This document shows, in pieces, positions 7,917 through 17,317 of a DNA stretch of 64,000 nt. Under the pieces are notes generated by a model. It had not been told where the DNA came from. It was given only the letters and a program-made list of their open reading frames with translations, and searched no databases. The DNA comes from Anaerohalosphaeraceae bacterium (GTDB lineage Bacteria > Planctomycetota > Phycisphaerae > Sedimentisphaerales > Anaerohalosphaeraceae). How positions within the stretch are numbered: position 1 is the first letter of the stretch; every line of letters begins with the position of its first letter. The translations under genes and the position numbers were made by a program. The stretch covers positions 480,001 through 544,000 of the forward strand of contig CAXXSL010000013.1 in NCBI GenBank assembly GCA_963675525.2. Reading direction: 5' to 3'.

Positions 7917-9134
7917 ATGAAGAAAGTGATTCTGTTCGGGATACTTTTTCTGGCTTCTTTAAGCCGGGCGATTTCCACTTCGGATCTCGATAGTTTTATT
8001 GTTTTAGAAGCGACAATCAACAACCAGTCCGTATATTTTGCTGTTGATACGGGTGCCGAGACCACCGTCCTTTTTTCTCCTGCCGCTCAACGACTCGGCC
8101 TGAAGACAACGCCTATCCCGACGGAGGGGGAAATACCTTCGGGCAAAGTGCGTGTCGAGCTTTCAGAGACACTCACTTTCTCGATTCCGGGGGTCACAAA
8201 TGCGATCGATGTCCGTTTCCCTGTGTTTGAATTACCTCCGGAGGCGGCTTTCACGCGGTTGGGCGGTCTTATCGGCTGGAACCAAATCAAAGACAACATC
8301 CTGCAGATTGATGCGGGCCAGCGACAAATGAAAGGAGTGGATACACTGCCGATCGATATCGGCATGTGGTCAAAGTGGGACATTTATCCATATAAAGAGT
8401 TTGATGTTCTTCTGATTAAAGCAATCGAGACGGCCGGGCAGGCAGGGGTAATTCTGATCGATACAGGGTCCAAGAAAGGCGTATCATTGAATGCTCAATT
8501 ATGGCAGGATTTCTCAGACAAGCAAAAGGGAGGTCCACAGACAGTGATGGCATTTTACACACCTGCGGTCGGACTCAAGGTTTACCGGGAGTACTGGGCC
8601 GAGCAGTTGGCCATCGGCCGCTTTACGATCTCGCAGGTGCCGGTCGCCAATGTAAGTGAGGTCTTCGAACAGGCGATCCCGGGCCTCATAGGGGATATGG
8701 GATTGTTCGGGCTTTCGAGATTTGACGTAATCATTGACGGGCGCAGTGGGTATGTCTATATGCGCCCGAAGGACAACCGGGTATCGAACTATCAGTATAA
8801 CCGGATCGCCGCGGTCTTTATCCCGGCAGACCTTCAAAGCGTTCCGCTGGTGGCGCATGTGGTAGAGAATGGACCCGCGTATCAGGCAGGTATCCGGGAC
8901 GGGGATATTCTTTTGAAAATCGATGATCTGGATGTCACCCAGTGGCGGACGGATCCGAATGTGCTGCCGTTAAGCCGATTCTTTGAGCAGTCGGCCGGAT
9001 CCCGGCTGGTGCTGTCGTTGACACGGGAGGATAAAACCTTTACCGCTGCGGTTGAGCTCGAAGAGATTTTCCCGCTGGGCCGGGACGAAACACTTGACCC
9101 TGAAAACGAAAATAGATTGGCAGAAACAGAATGA
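7917..9134 (+). CDS. Secreted aspartyl protease (two retropepsin-like domains) with C-terminal PDZ domain
   Basis: Signal peptide; motifs VDTGA and IDTGS; PDZ-type GPAYQAGIRDGDILLKID. Confidence 0.85.
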   Translation: MKKVILFGILFLASLSRAISTSDLDSFIVLEATINNQSVYFAVDTGAETTVLFSPAAQRLGLKTTPIPTEGEIPSGKVRVELSETLTFSIPGVTNAIDVRFPVFELPPEAAFTRLGGLIGWNQIKDNILQIDAGQRQMKGVDTLPIDIGMWSKWDIYPYKEFDVLLIKAIETAGQAGVILIDTGSKKGVSLNAQLWQDFSDKQKGGPQTVMAFYTPAVGLKVYREYWAEQLAIGRFTISQVPVANVSEVFEQAIPGLIGDMGLFGLSRFDVIIDGRSGYVYMRPKDNRVSNYQYNRIAAVFIPADLQSVPLVAHVVENGPAYQAGIRDGDILLKIDDLDVTQWRTDPNVLPLSRFFEQSAGSRLVLSLTREDKTFTAAVELEEIFPLGRDETLDPENENRLAETE

Positions 9135-9145
9135 GGACACGAGCA

Positions 9146-9169
9146 ATGAATATTCAAATTACAGCCGGG
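9146..9169 (+). pseudogene. Orphan duplicate of the 5' start of the cyclophilin-like gene (10049)
   Basis: atgaatattcaaattacagccggg versus atgcatattcaaattacagccggg (10049-10072), 23 of 24 identical; continues as a 17-aa mini-ORF ending at 9199. Confidence 0.8.
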
Positions 9170-9208
9170 AATCATCCAAAACAGGCAGATCATTATTGAA
9201 AGGAGTAT

Positions 9209-10027
9209 ATGATGACTGCAGCACAAAGTTTTGCATATCGTTTTCGTCGCTGGATTTTCAGTTTCGGTATCATTTTCACTGTCGCCGGGATCATCTGGGC
9301 CATTCTGCCGTTTTTTAACGACGTGCTTGACAGGGACGGCGAAGAGGGATTCTTCGGCCTGATGGGGACGGTCCTTGGCTTTTACCAGTTTATAGGTGAC
9401 AACGAGCTGGCCTATGCCGGCCATCTTGTGATCGTGGCCGGTGTGATCCTGCTGGCTCAGTGGATGTTTTTGCGGCCGGGCAAGGAGTGGAAAGTCCGCA
9501 TGCTCACCGAGGGACGGCCCTTAAAAACCAGCATCTTTGTCGCGGCGATGATCGCCATGTTGTTGACAACCGGCGCGGTCTCGCTCCTGCTTGAGTTGCC
9601 CGACTGGTGGCAGCCGCTGATGGAAAACGATGATACGTTTATCATGCCGCTGAGTGTCTTTGGGGTCATGGGTGTTCTCTGGGCGATCTGGGCGTGGATC
9701 TTCTGGGTCTATTGGAAACAGGGAGACCGGTATACACAACTGGGCAAAATGGTCCGCGGGCTCATCGCCGGCAGTCTGCTCGAAGTGATGGTCGCAGTGC
9801 CGGTGCATATCTGGGCCACGCGTCAGCGTGAATGTTACTGCTGCCGGGGAACCTATAACACGCTGATACTGGCCGGAACCGTGTTGATCTGGGCATTCGG
9901 ACCGGGAATCATATTATTGTATTGGAGAGAAAAATACCGACGTGAAAAACTGATGGACCAAAATCCTCTCGAAAATACCATTCCACCGGAGGCATCTCAT
10001 GCCGCTGAGACTCCGGCAAACGATTAA
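9209..10027 (+). CDS. Hypothetical multi-pass membrane protein with CYCCRG motif
   Basis: 272-aa ORF with about 6 hydrophobic segments; RBS AAGGAG. Confidence 0.75.
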   Translation: MMTAAQSFAYRFRRWIFSFGIIFTVAGIIWAILPFFNDVLDRDGEEGFFGLMGTVLGFYQFIGDNELAYAGHLVIVAGVILLAQWMFLRPGKEWKVRMLTEGRPLKTSIFVAAMIAMLLTTGAVSLLLELPDWWQPLMENDDTFIMPLSVFGVMGVLWAIWAWIFWVYWKQGDRYTQLGKMVRGLIAGSLLEVMVAVPVHIWATRQRECYCCRGTYNTLILAGTVLIWAFGPGIILLYWREKYRREKLMDQNPLENTIPPEASHAAETPAND

Positions 10028-10048
10028 CCGATATCGAAGGGCCGAAAG

Positions 10049-10423
10049 ATGCATATTCAAATTACAGCCGGGGATGTGACAATTGATGCAGAGATTTATG
10101 ATACGCCGACGGGCAAGGCAATTGTCGAAATGTTATCCATCCAGGGAACTGTCAATCGCTGGGGCGGGGAGGTCTATTTTACGATCCCCGTTTCCGTCCC
10201 GCTGGAATCGGGCAGCCGGGAAGTGTTGGAACCGGGGGAACTGGCTTACTGGCCGCCGGGCAAGGCTTTCTGCATTTTCTTCGGCCCCACGCCCGCCTCG
10301 CAAAGCGACGAATGCAGAGCCGCTTCGGCCGTGAACATCTTCGGAAAGGTATCGGGCGATCTTGACAAGTTATGGAACATTAAAGACGGTACGGAAATCA
10401 TCGTCGAAAAAACCGTGGATTAA
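10049..10423 (+). CDS. Cyclophilin-like fold protein (DUF369/TM1367 type)
   Basis: RWGGEVYF, GELAYWPPGKAFCIFFGPTP and ASAVNIFG. Confidence 0.85.
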   Translation: MHIQITAGDVTIDAEIYDTPTGKAIVEMLSIQGTVNRWGGEVYFTIPVSVPLESGSREVLEPGELAYWPPGKAFCIFFGPTPASQSDECRAASAVNIFGKVSGDLDKLWNIKDGTEIIVEKTVD

Positions 10424-10516
10424 ATACAGCTTTTTACAAAAATAGCCGATTGATTAAATGGAAAGCATAAGCCGTTTTATGCTCTTTATTTCCTTAATCG
10501 ATGAAAGAGGTCCCAT

Positions 10517-10792
10517 ATGCTGTCGCATCCGATTACGTTTCTGGTTGGCTACCTGCTCGTCAGCCTGTTATTATCGTTCGGGGTTGCCGGCCCGGTTGTG
10601 ATGTTCGGGGTCAAGTTTCTGTCAAGACGCACATTTAACGAAAAGTACATCAGCGGTATCTATTTCGGCGCCTCCGTGACAAGTTTTTTGTTCATCCTTC
10701 TGCATTATGTGTTGTATCTGTGGGGGTATAGAATCAACAACTTGTCCGATGTCATCCACGATGCTTTTTATTCACCGATACATTATTATTGA
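10517..10792 (+). CDS. Small hypothetical membrane protein
   Basis: 91-aa ORF with 2 hydrophobic helices; RBS AGAGG. Confidence 0.6.
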   Translation: MLSHPITFLVGYLLVSLLLSFGVAGPVVMFGVKFLSRRTFNEKYISGIYFGASVTSFLFILLHYVLYLWGYRINNLSDVIHDAFYSPIHYY

Positions 10793-10806
10793 ACTAAAAA
10801 TCGTGT

Positions 10807-11811
10807 TTAAAAATTCACACCGGCACCAAAAATATATTTAACATCCGAATTGCCTTTGCCTGCCGCCGGCGTCGCATCATAATCAAACAAGACCTTGAAA
10901 TTCGTAAACAGATGGCTGTTAATCTTCGCACGCAATTCAGCAGAACTGCTCAGGTAATAGTCGCTAACATCCTCGGTGCTTGGATAATATGTCAGGTCAT
11001 GCATGAAGGAGAATGTATCGTTAAATGTATGATCAAAATTATAACCGGCCCGAGCAGACATGGTTGAGTCGCTGCCGTCTTCGTACTTTTCGCGGACGGT
11101 TGCCAACCCCAACTCCGTCGAGAAATTTGTCTTCTCGGAGACGATCCATTTACGGCCTAAACCACCACCGAGAATGATCCGCTGGTCCAGATCGGCGATC
11201 TTGTCTTTTTCGTAACGGCTTTCACCGTACAGATAGGTTACATCAGACAGGAAGTAATCATACTTTGCACGAAACTTCGACCAGTCTTCCGTCACTTCTT
11301 TTTTTCCGGAACTGGAAGATTGTTCTTTTTGGCGTGCCATATCAGCCTTGAGAGTGGTCATGTCTTTATCCGTCTTTTTATATAACTTACCACTGAAAGC
11401 ATAGGACTCATTCTTCGTATTGCCACTGGCATACGTGATCCCAGCAGACAGATCGCCCTTCCACCGCGGCGCTTCCGGCTTGGGTGGATTGATCGCTGTA
11501 ACATCAGCCAGCAGGACCCGATCACCGGAAACATTAATATATCCATCTTCGCCCTCACTGACAGGCCGAGCCGTAACCGTCCCCTCGCTTGTATGAATCT
11601 TCAGCGGCTGGTCACTGGCGATTGTTCGAATATTAGCAAACAGAATCTGGATCGTGCCGGCAAGTTCCGATTCAATCGTTAACATACCATCGGTCATCTG
11701 AGCAATTGTGCCGGTCAATCGGTCACCGTTGGTTAAGTAAACCTGTCCGGCCGACGCAACGGCTGAGACACAGATGATGACCCACACATTCAATAATTCT
11801 TTTTTGTGCAT
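10807..11811 (-). CDS. DUF481/YdiY-family outer-membrane beta-barrel protein
   Basis: Signal peptide, N-terminal LTNGDRLTG domain, YASGNT, amphipathic strands and C-terminal F. Confidence 0.85.
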   Translation of the reverse strand: MHKKELLNVWVIICVSAVASAGQVYLTNGDRLTGTIAQMTDGMLTIESELAGTIQILFANIRTIASDQPLKIHTSEGTVTARPVSEGEDGYINVSGDRVLLADVTAINPPKPEAPRWKGDLSAGITYASGNTKNESYAFSGKLYKKTDKDMTTLKADMARQKEQSSSSGKKEVTEDWSKFRAKYDYFLSDVTYLYGESRYEKDKIADLDQRIILGGGLGRKWIVSEKTNFSTELGLATVREKYEDGSDSTMSARAGYNFDHTFNDTFSFMHDLTYYPSTEDVSDYYLSSSAELRAKINSHLFTNFKVLFDYDATPAAGKGNSDVKYIFGAGVNF

Positions 11812-11918
11812 ACAGTCTCCACTCTTATTTTAAGAAAATCAGGAATTATAACCGGATTATTATATCTACAGAGGATCTGAATGGAAATCAAGGAAAAATG
11901 ATATTTTCGCCCTAATAA

Positions 11919-13775
11919 CTAAAAACGCTCTGCAATGATCTGCTTCAATTCTTCCGGCGTGAAGATACCGCGGAGCTTGGTAATACTTTTGTCTTTCGGA
12001 TCCAGCAGAACCGTCAGAGGCACACTGCCCGCTTCGCCGAAAACGATGTTTAAATCCTTTGCCGCCGGGTAGCTCGCCAGCGTGGTATCGGCCTTGACCG
12101 CAACGATGCCTTTTTGCTGAAGCAGCGCGGCGACGTCCGGCTGCTGAAAAACATTTTTATCAACAATTTTACAATTGGTACACCAATCGGCAGTAAATTT
12201 CAGCACGACAGGCCGATTTTCGGCGATGGATTTTTGCACTAATGCCGCATCGTATTTTTGCCAGTTGATTGTGGACTCCCTCACAGCCGGCAGCAACCAG
12301 AGGCCGCAACCGATGGCAATCGCCGCGGCAATTAAACGTGTTATCCACTTTTTGCCCTTCGGCGTGTTGAAGCCAACCCATGTGCCCCACATCCAGACAC
12401 TGAATGCGAAGATCACGCCGTAGAGCAAGACGTTAATAAGCCGGTCTTTGGGCAAGGCCGTCAGGGTGAACTTGACCGCAATAAACAGCAGCAAAAAACC
12501 GCCGGTCTTTTTGAAGATCTCCATCCATGTGCCGGGTTTGGGGACGTAATTGAGCAATGACGGAATCGACACCAAAATCGCGTAGGGCAGCGCCATGCCG
12601 ACGCCCATCAATATCAAGGCGGTGCTGCTAATCGTCAGCGGTTGGGTCTGCGCCCAGACGAGCACGGCACCCAGCACGGCCCCGCTGCATGGCGTACTGA
12701 GGACACCGGCGAAAAAGCCCATGCCGACCGAGCCGGCAAAGCCGGAGCCGCCGCCCTGCTTGCCCGCGACGGATGAAGGCAGCGCTAATGTCAGAAGGTC
12801 CAGCAGTACCAATGCGAAAAACACGATAAACAAAAACAACGTAATGACGGCCACCGGGTTGCGATAGAGGCTGTTAAGGTCAAGGGCGACACCGGTGGAG
12901 AGTTTGACTGCTGCCGAAATCGCTGCGAACATCGCAAAGAACAGGACGATACCGCCGCAGAATGAAAAGCCCAGCGCCATGCGTTTCGGGCCGGACTCTT
13001 TGGCTTGCCCTACCAGCCGCATAATAATCAGCGGAATCACCGGCAGCACGCACGGCATGATATTGATCGACACGCCTGCCAGCAGTGCCAGCAAAAAGTA
13101 CCATGCCGCAGACGCCGAATCGCCGGTCTCCGTTGCATCCACGATTTTCCAGCCGGTTAACGATACGGCAAGCGTTGGGCCGTCTGCTGTTTTTTCGGCT
13201 TCTGGTGGTTGCGTCGGAATGATCTCGGTTTTTTCCTCCGTTACCGCCTCGCCCGTCTGAATCGCAACAGCAGGCCATTGCGACAAATCAACGTTGGCGG
13301 CAAGAGTTTTCCTGAACGGCGGCAAACACAGTTTGCTCGTACAGGTAATGCCGGCAATATTGACCGTCACCGTTGTTTGGGACACACTTTCGTCGCGTTG
13401 TTGGATCGGGAAAAGAACCTTGAAATCGCCGACGAAAACTTCGATTTTCCCCTTGGCCGGATCGCTGAAATACTTATACTTCGGAAAAACCGGCTCTCCA
13501 AACATCAGGCCGTCGGCTATGACGGTGATTTTCAGTTCCAGACCCGGTGCCGGTGCGGCCTTGGCCGTAGCGTAATAATGCAAATCCTCGGTGCCCTTGA
13601 AAACCACCCCGACCGCCGGAACACCGTCCAACTCGGTCGCTTCTATCCGTGCTGACGACAACTGGTCACCGCTGCGGGCGATCTCGGTAAGCTCCGTTTG
13701 CGCAAAGGTTAACGAAATAAACAAAAACGGCAGTAACAGCCACCGGCTTTTGATGATGCGGGTATATTGAGTCAT
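11919..13775 (-). CDS. dsbD: Thiol:disulfide interchange protein DsbD family
   Basis: N-domain CTSKLC, membrane motifs MPCVLP and TPCSGA, PKPGTWM and thioredoxin motif FTADWCTNC; RBS AAGGAG before ATG at 13775. Confidence 0.9.
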   Translation of the reverse strand: MTQYTRIIKSRWLLLPFLFISLTFAQTELTEIARSGDQLSSARIEATELDGVPAVGVVFKGTEDLHYYATAKAAPAPGLELKITVIADGLMFGEPVFPKYKYFSDPAKGKIEVFVGDFKVLFPIQQRDESVSQTTVTVNIAGITCTSKLCLPPFRKTLAANVDLSQWPAVAIQTGEAVTEEKTEIIPTQPPEAEKTADGPTLAVSLTGWKIVDATETGDSASAAWYFLLALLAGVSINIMPCVLPVIPLIIMRLVGQAKESGPKRMALGFSFCGGIVLFFAMFAAISAAVKLSTGVALDLNSLYRNPVAVITLFLFIVFFALVLLDLLTLALPSSVAGKQGGGSGFAGSVGMGFFAGVLSTPCSGAVLGAVLVWAQTQPLTISSTALILMGVGMALPYAILVSIPSLLNYVPKPGTWMEIFKKTGGFLLLFIAVKFTLTALPKDRLINVLLYGVIFAFSVWMWGTWVGFNTPKGKKWITRLIAAAIAIGCGLWLLPAVRESTINWQKYDAALVQKSIAENRPVVLKFTADWCTNCKIVDKNVFQQPDVAALLQQKGIVAVKADTTLASYPAAKDLNIVFGEAGSVPLTVLLDPKDKSITKLRGIFTPEELKQIIAERF

Positions 13776-13869
13776 TGTGTCCACTCCTTTGATTCTTATT
13801 TCTATCTTGCTTTGTCTTGTTTTACGTCTTTTCTACGTCTTTGTCCACCGGAAGTTCCAAAAAAACGAA

Positions 13870-14800
13870 ACCTCGGATTGCGCGGATTTCACAGATTTTT
13901 TATTATTAATTAGAACGAAACCGGCAGGGGTCACCGAAAAATTTGGCTTTGTTTGGGTTTGGTTGGGTTCGCGTGGCGCTATCTAAAACAGGCTTGTTGC
14001 GTCCGTTGGGGTGTTTGAGTGCGGTATAATGCAATCCTGTCGAGGTGCTACTTGGGGCTTAAATTGGGTTCGTTTTTTTGGGGGTTTTTGGAGGGTTTAG
14101 CCACGAATTAACACGAATGGACACTAAAATTGTTGTTTTTTGGCTGGAAACGGCCTGCGCGAGTAGGGGGTACTTGGGGCCGAAATTGGGTTCGTATTGG
14201 GTTTGGTTTGGGTTCGTATTGGGTTCGGTGCCTTAAAGGCACGTCAATGAAATCTCCATAAGCGCTTCGCTGATGAAGATTTAGGGAGACCGGGTACGCT
14301 TGAAAATTGGGTTCGTTTCGATAAATCATATTAAATATCAAAGCGCAAATATCAAAAATGCGGAATCCGCCTATCGGCGGATAGCTATTTAAATAGATTC
14401 TTCGCCCCGGATCGGTGTCCGGGGTGACATTCCTGCGGCTCAGAATGACGGTCATTGGTCATTGAATTGGCCTTCGGCTTTGTGGATTTGGCCGGGATGA
14501 TGGGCGATGGGGTTTCGCACTCTTATTAAATTGACGACTGACGATTTTAAAATACTATTCAACTTGGTGTATTGTATCACAAGTTAGATATTTGTCAAAT
14601 AAAAAAGATTTAAGAATTGATGATTTTCGCTCGGCGATTCCTTCGGCTTTGCTCAGGACTAAAGGCTTTTTCGGGACAGGCTTTCCAGATATTGATTTTA
14701 TTTTGCTGTCCACCAACCTTCGCCAAGGCGCCGACGCTATAAAGCTATGGCGGCCGAACGGCTACTATAGCTTGGCAGGCAGATTTCGCCGATTTTCATC
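13870..14800. repeat. Intergenic cluster of mixed repeat families (TTGGGTTCG units, 9-10-mer and 7-mer tandem repeats, nested palindromes)
   Basis: Multiple (AAA)TTGG(G/C)TT(C/T)G units at 13940-13971, 14061-14075, 14183-14227 and 14304-14318; ccacgaatta acacgaatgg acac at 14101; GATTCTTCG..CAGAATGAC palindrome at 14396-14449. Confidence 0.75.
14571..14598 (-). promoter_or_regulatory. Sigma70 promoter TTGACA-16-TACAAT (extended -10), pointing toward dsbD
   Basis: Minus strand reads TTGACAAATATCTAACTTGTGATACAAT; overlapped by inverted repeat AACTTG..CAAGTT (14561-14585). Confidence 0.55.
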
Positions 14801-14947
14801 GATTTTTGGATTATCGTTTTTTGTTTTTTATAGGGGGATCGTCGGGTATAATCAGGAACAGGAATACGGGTTAACAGGGAACAAACAGAATGCGGGAGTG
14901 GACGAAGTTACAATGTGGAGAAACAAATGAAAAACGGAGAATCGCAT

Positions 14948-15847
14948 ATGAACGCTAAGATTTACCCTGTGAATTTCCGCGTCGTCTGCTTGCTGGGTGG
15001 ATGGTGTCTGGCACTGCTCGTTTTCTCCAGCGGCGGCTGCTTGACAGCACAGGAGCAGCCGGAACAGAAATCTGGACCGGACCGGAAAAAGGCAACGGTA
15101 AACCTGATATCCGGCGAACCTATTAAAATAATGCCTGTGGGGAACTCTATCACCGCTGGTGAGCACTACGGTTTTCCAGCTATTTCGAAACGAACCGGAT
15201 ACCGGAAAGATCTCTACGAAATGCTGATAAATGCGGGATATGAAGTCGATTTTGTTGGTTCGCAGAATCATGGAGAGCGTCCCACAGATGATGAAGATTG
15301 GTATGACTGGAATAACGAAGCCTATCCCGGTTGGAAAATCGATGCTATTGCAAGTGAGGTTCAAACTGCATTGGAGACATACAAACCAGATATCCTGCTG
15401 GTTCACGTTGGAACCAATGGTAGCAACTGGGACCAGAAACCAGAACTGGTTATGGATATGCTTGATATGATTAATACGTATTCGGTTGAAAATAATCATC
15501 CAATCACCGTATTTCTTTGTAAAATTATCGACCGGTTTAACGGTGGACATGCCCCCACAACTCAATTCAATAACGCGGTCGCCGATTTGGCAGCAGGCAG
15601 GACCGGTGATACAATAAAAATTATTATGGTCGATATGGAGAGTGGCGCTGGTTTAGATTATTCTGATGCTTCACCCGCTTTAACTGCCACCGGGCCCTAT
15701 GAAGGTGGGGATATGTGGGGTGAAACATATCAGCAGGTATCTTGTGATTTATATCATCCCAACGATAAGGGTAATACCAAGATGGCTGTGAAATTTTTTG
15801 AGGAACTTGTCAAAGAACTTGGAAAGCCAACGAAGGTCGGGGAATAA
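14948..15847 (+). CDS. SGNH/GDSL hydrolase-family secreted esterase
   Basis: Block I IMPVGNSITAG, VDFVGS, PGWKI, HVGTN and DLYHPN; start uncertain between 14915 and 14948. Confidence 0.85.
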   Translation: MNAKIYPVNFRVVCLLGGWCLALLVFSSGGCLTAQEQPEQKSGPDRKKATVNLISGEPIKIMPVGNSITAGEHYGFPAISKRTGYRKDLYEMLINAGYEVDFVGSQNHGERPTDDEDWYDWNNEAYPGWKIDAIASEVQTALETYKPDILLVHVGTNGSNWDQKPELVMDMLDMINTYSVENNHPITVFLCKIIDRFNGGHAPTTQFNNAVADLAAGRTGDTIKIIMVDMESGAGLDYSDASPALTATGPYEGGDMWGETYQQVSCDLYHPNDKGNTKMAVKFFEELVKELGKPTKVGE

Positions 15848-15878
15848 ATAAAGGTTTCTGAGTCCGTTTCGTTTTCTC

Positions 15879-16029
15879 TTAACCATGAAGAACATGAAGA
15901 GCACGAAGTTTTTTTTAGACAGGATTAACGGGATAAAAGGGATTTTTTTTAACGACGGACAGGAAGGTGGAAAATAGATTGATTTGTAAGCATAAAATAT
16001 GCATGGTGTCACGGAAAATGGGTCTGACC
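15879..16029 (+). repeat. Composite direct repeat, copy 1 (flanks rsgA)
   Basis: TTAACCA..AAGAACATGAAGAGCACGAAG.TTTTTTTAGACAGGATTAAC.GGATAAAA...AAAATAGATTGATT..TAAGCATA.AAT.TGCA.GGT...GGTCTGACC, shared with 17318-17447. Confidence 0.85.
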
Positions 16030-16052
16030 TGCTCTGTAAAAAAGCTTAACTT

Positions 16053-16144
16053 CTGTCGCCCCTCCGGGGCTGGGTCTGTTTTTTATCCTTTTTCCGGGGG
16101 TTGCCACCCCCGGCTAAGTGACTGACGGCCCTTTCAGGGCCTGA
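16053..16144 (-). repeat. Three-hairpin REP-like element (inverted)
   Basis: Minus strand reads AGGCCCTGAAAGGGCC GTCAGTCACTTAG CCGGGGGTGGCAACCCCCGG...AGCCCCGGAGGGGCGACAG. Confidence 0.85.
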
Positions 16145-16190
16145 GAGAGAATGTTTTCTACAGAACATTCCTGATCCTGTTTCGTTCTCT

Positions 16191-17267
16191 TTAATAATCC
16201 TTATGCCTGTTACGTCTTAACTGATCTTTTGCCTTTTTGATGAATTTTCCGAAATCGCCGTCTTTTTGCCTTTTTTCAAGTTCGGTCATCTCGTAATGTT
16301 CGGCTTCTTTTTTGAGATTGATATAATTGCTGTATTTATCTTCATCCACTTGGCCGGACTTTAGGGCAGAAAGCACGGCGCATCCCGGTTCGTGGATATG
16401 GGTGCAGTCAACGTATTTGCATTCCGGGGCAAGTGCGGTTATTTCATCAAACAAGCTATTGATGCCATCGGCGGCTTGTGTCATGGCGACTTCTCTCATT
16501 CCCGGATTGTCTATGACGATACCGCCACCGGCAAGAAAATACATTTCCCGGCTGGTGGTGGTATGTTTTCCCCTGTTGCTTCGAGTGCTTATCGCATTGG
16601 TTTTTATGACATCTGTCCCAATCAGTTTATTGATCAACGACGATTTTCCAACGCCCGACGACCCCAGGAAGCAATAGGTTTTTCCTTTTTCTATATACGC
16701 CTTTAACGCATCCAGAGCTTCATGGGTCAGCGTACTGGCCGGGATAAAATCAATCTCGCCAAACCTGTCGGTTATTTGGTTTATCCGTGATTGCAGTTGG
16801 TCTTTGGACATCAAATCAATTTTATTCAAAATAATGGCCGGTTTTACGCCGCCGGCTTTGGCAATGGCAAAATATCTTTCGAAACGGTTCAAGCTGAAGT
16901 CCCTGTCTACCGATTCAATCACAAACGCCACATCAATGTTCGCGGCGATGACCTGAATTTCGTTTCTGCCGCTGTGTTTTCTTTTGATGATCGTTTTTCT
17001 TGGCAATACCCGGTGTATGACTGCCTGCTGCCCTCCGGAATCGGTGATCGCCACCCAATCGCCGACGGCAGGATAATCTTCGCGTGACAGGGCGTTAAAT
17101 ATTTGTTTGCCGGTTATCTTTGCCCGGTACTCACCGGCACTGTTTTTTGCCCGGTAAACCCCCTTGTGTACGACAATAATCCGCGCGACCGAAAGATCCT
17201 CGGGCCCGCGGTTGGATTCAAAAAAACCATCGTATCCTAAATCTTCTAATTTCAACTGATTAACCAT
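16191..17267 (-). CDS. rsgA: Ribosome small subunit-dependent GTPase A
   Basis: PAVGDWV, AANID, circularly permuted G4 NKID, G1 GSSGVGKS, GKHTTT, DNPG and Zn site CKYVDCTHIHEPGCAV. Confidence 0.93.
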   Translation of the reverse strand: MVNQLKLEDLGYDGFFESNRGPEDLSVARIIVVHKGVYRAKNSAGEYRAKITGKQIFNALSREDYPAVGDWVAITDSGGQQAVIHRVLPRKTIIKRKHSGRNEIQVIAANIDVAFVIESVDRDFSLNRFERYFAIAKAGGVKPAIILNKIDLMSKDQLQSRINQITDRFGEIDFIPASTLTHEALDALKAYIEKGKTYCFLGSSGVGKSSLINKLIGTDVIKTNAISTRSNRGKHTTTSREMYFLAGGGIVIDNPGMREVAMTQAADGINSLFDEITALAPECKYVDCTHIHEPGCAVLSALKSGQVDEDKYSNYINLKKEAEHYEMTELEKRQKDGDFGKFIKKAKDQLRRNRHKDY

Positions 17268-17317
17268 TTTTTCACCATTCAAAGTAAATCCTAAATTCCA
17301 GATACTAAATTTCGATT

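Noticed and set aside
13938..14320. CRISPR array from recurring AAATTGGGTTCG
   Set aside because: The repeats are short, irregularly spaced and partly tandem, there are no constant-length spacers, and no cas genes are in the window.
14108..14930. ORFs 14108-14455 (-) and 14592-14930 (+) as real genes
   Set aside because: They are composed of repeat-derived sequence with no RBS or recognisable domain.
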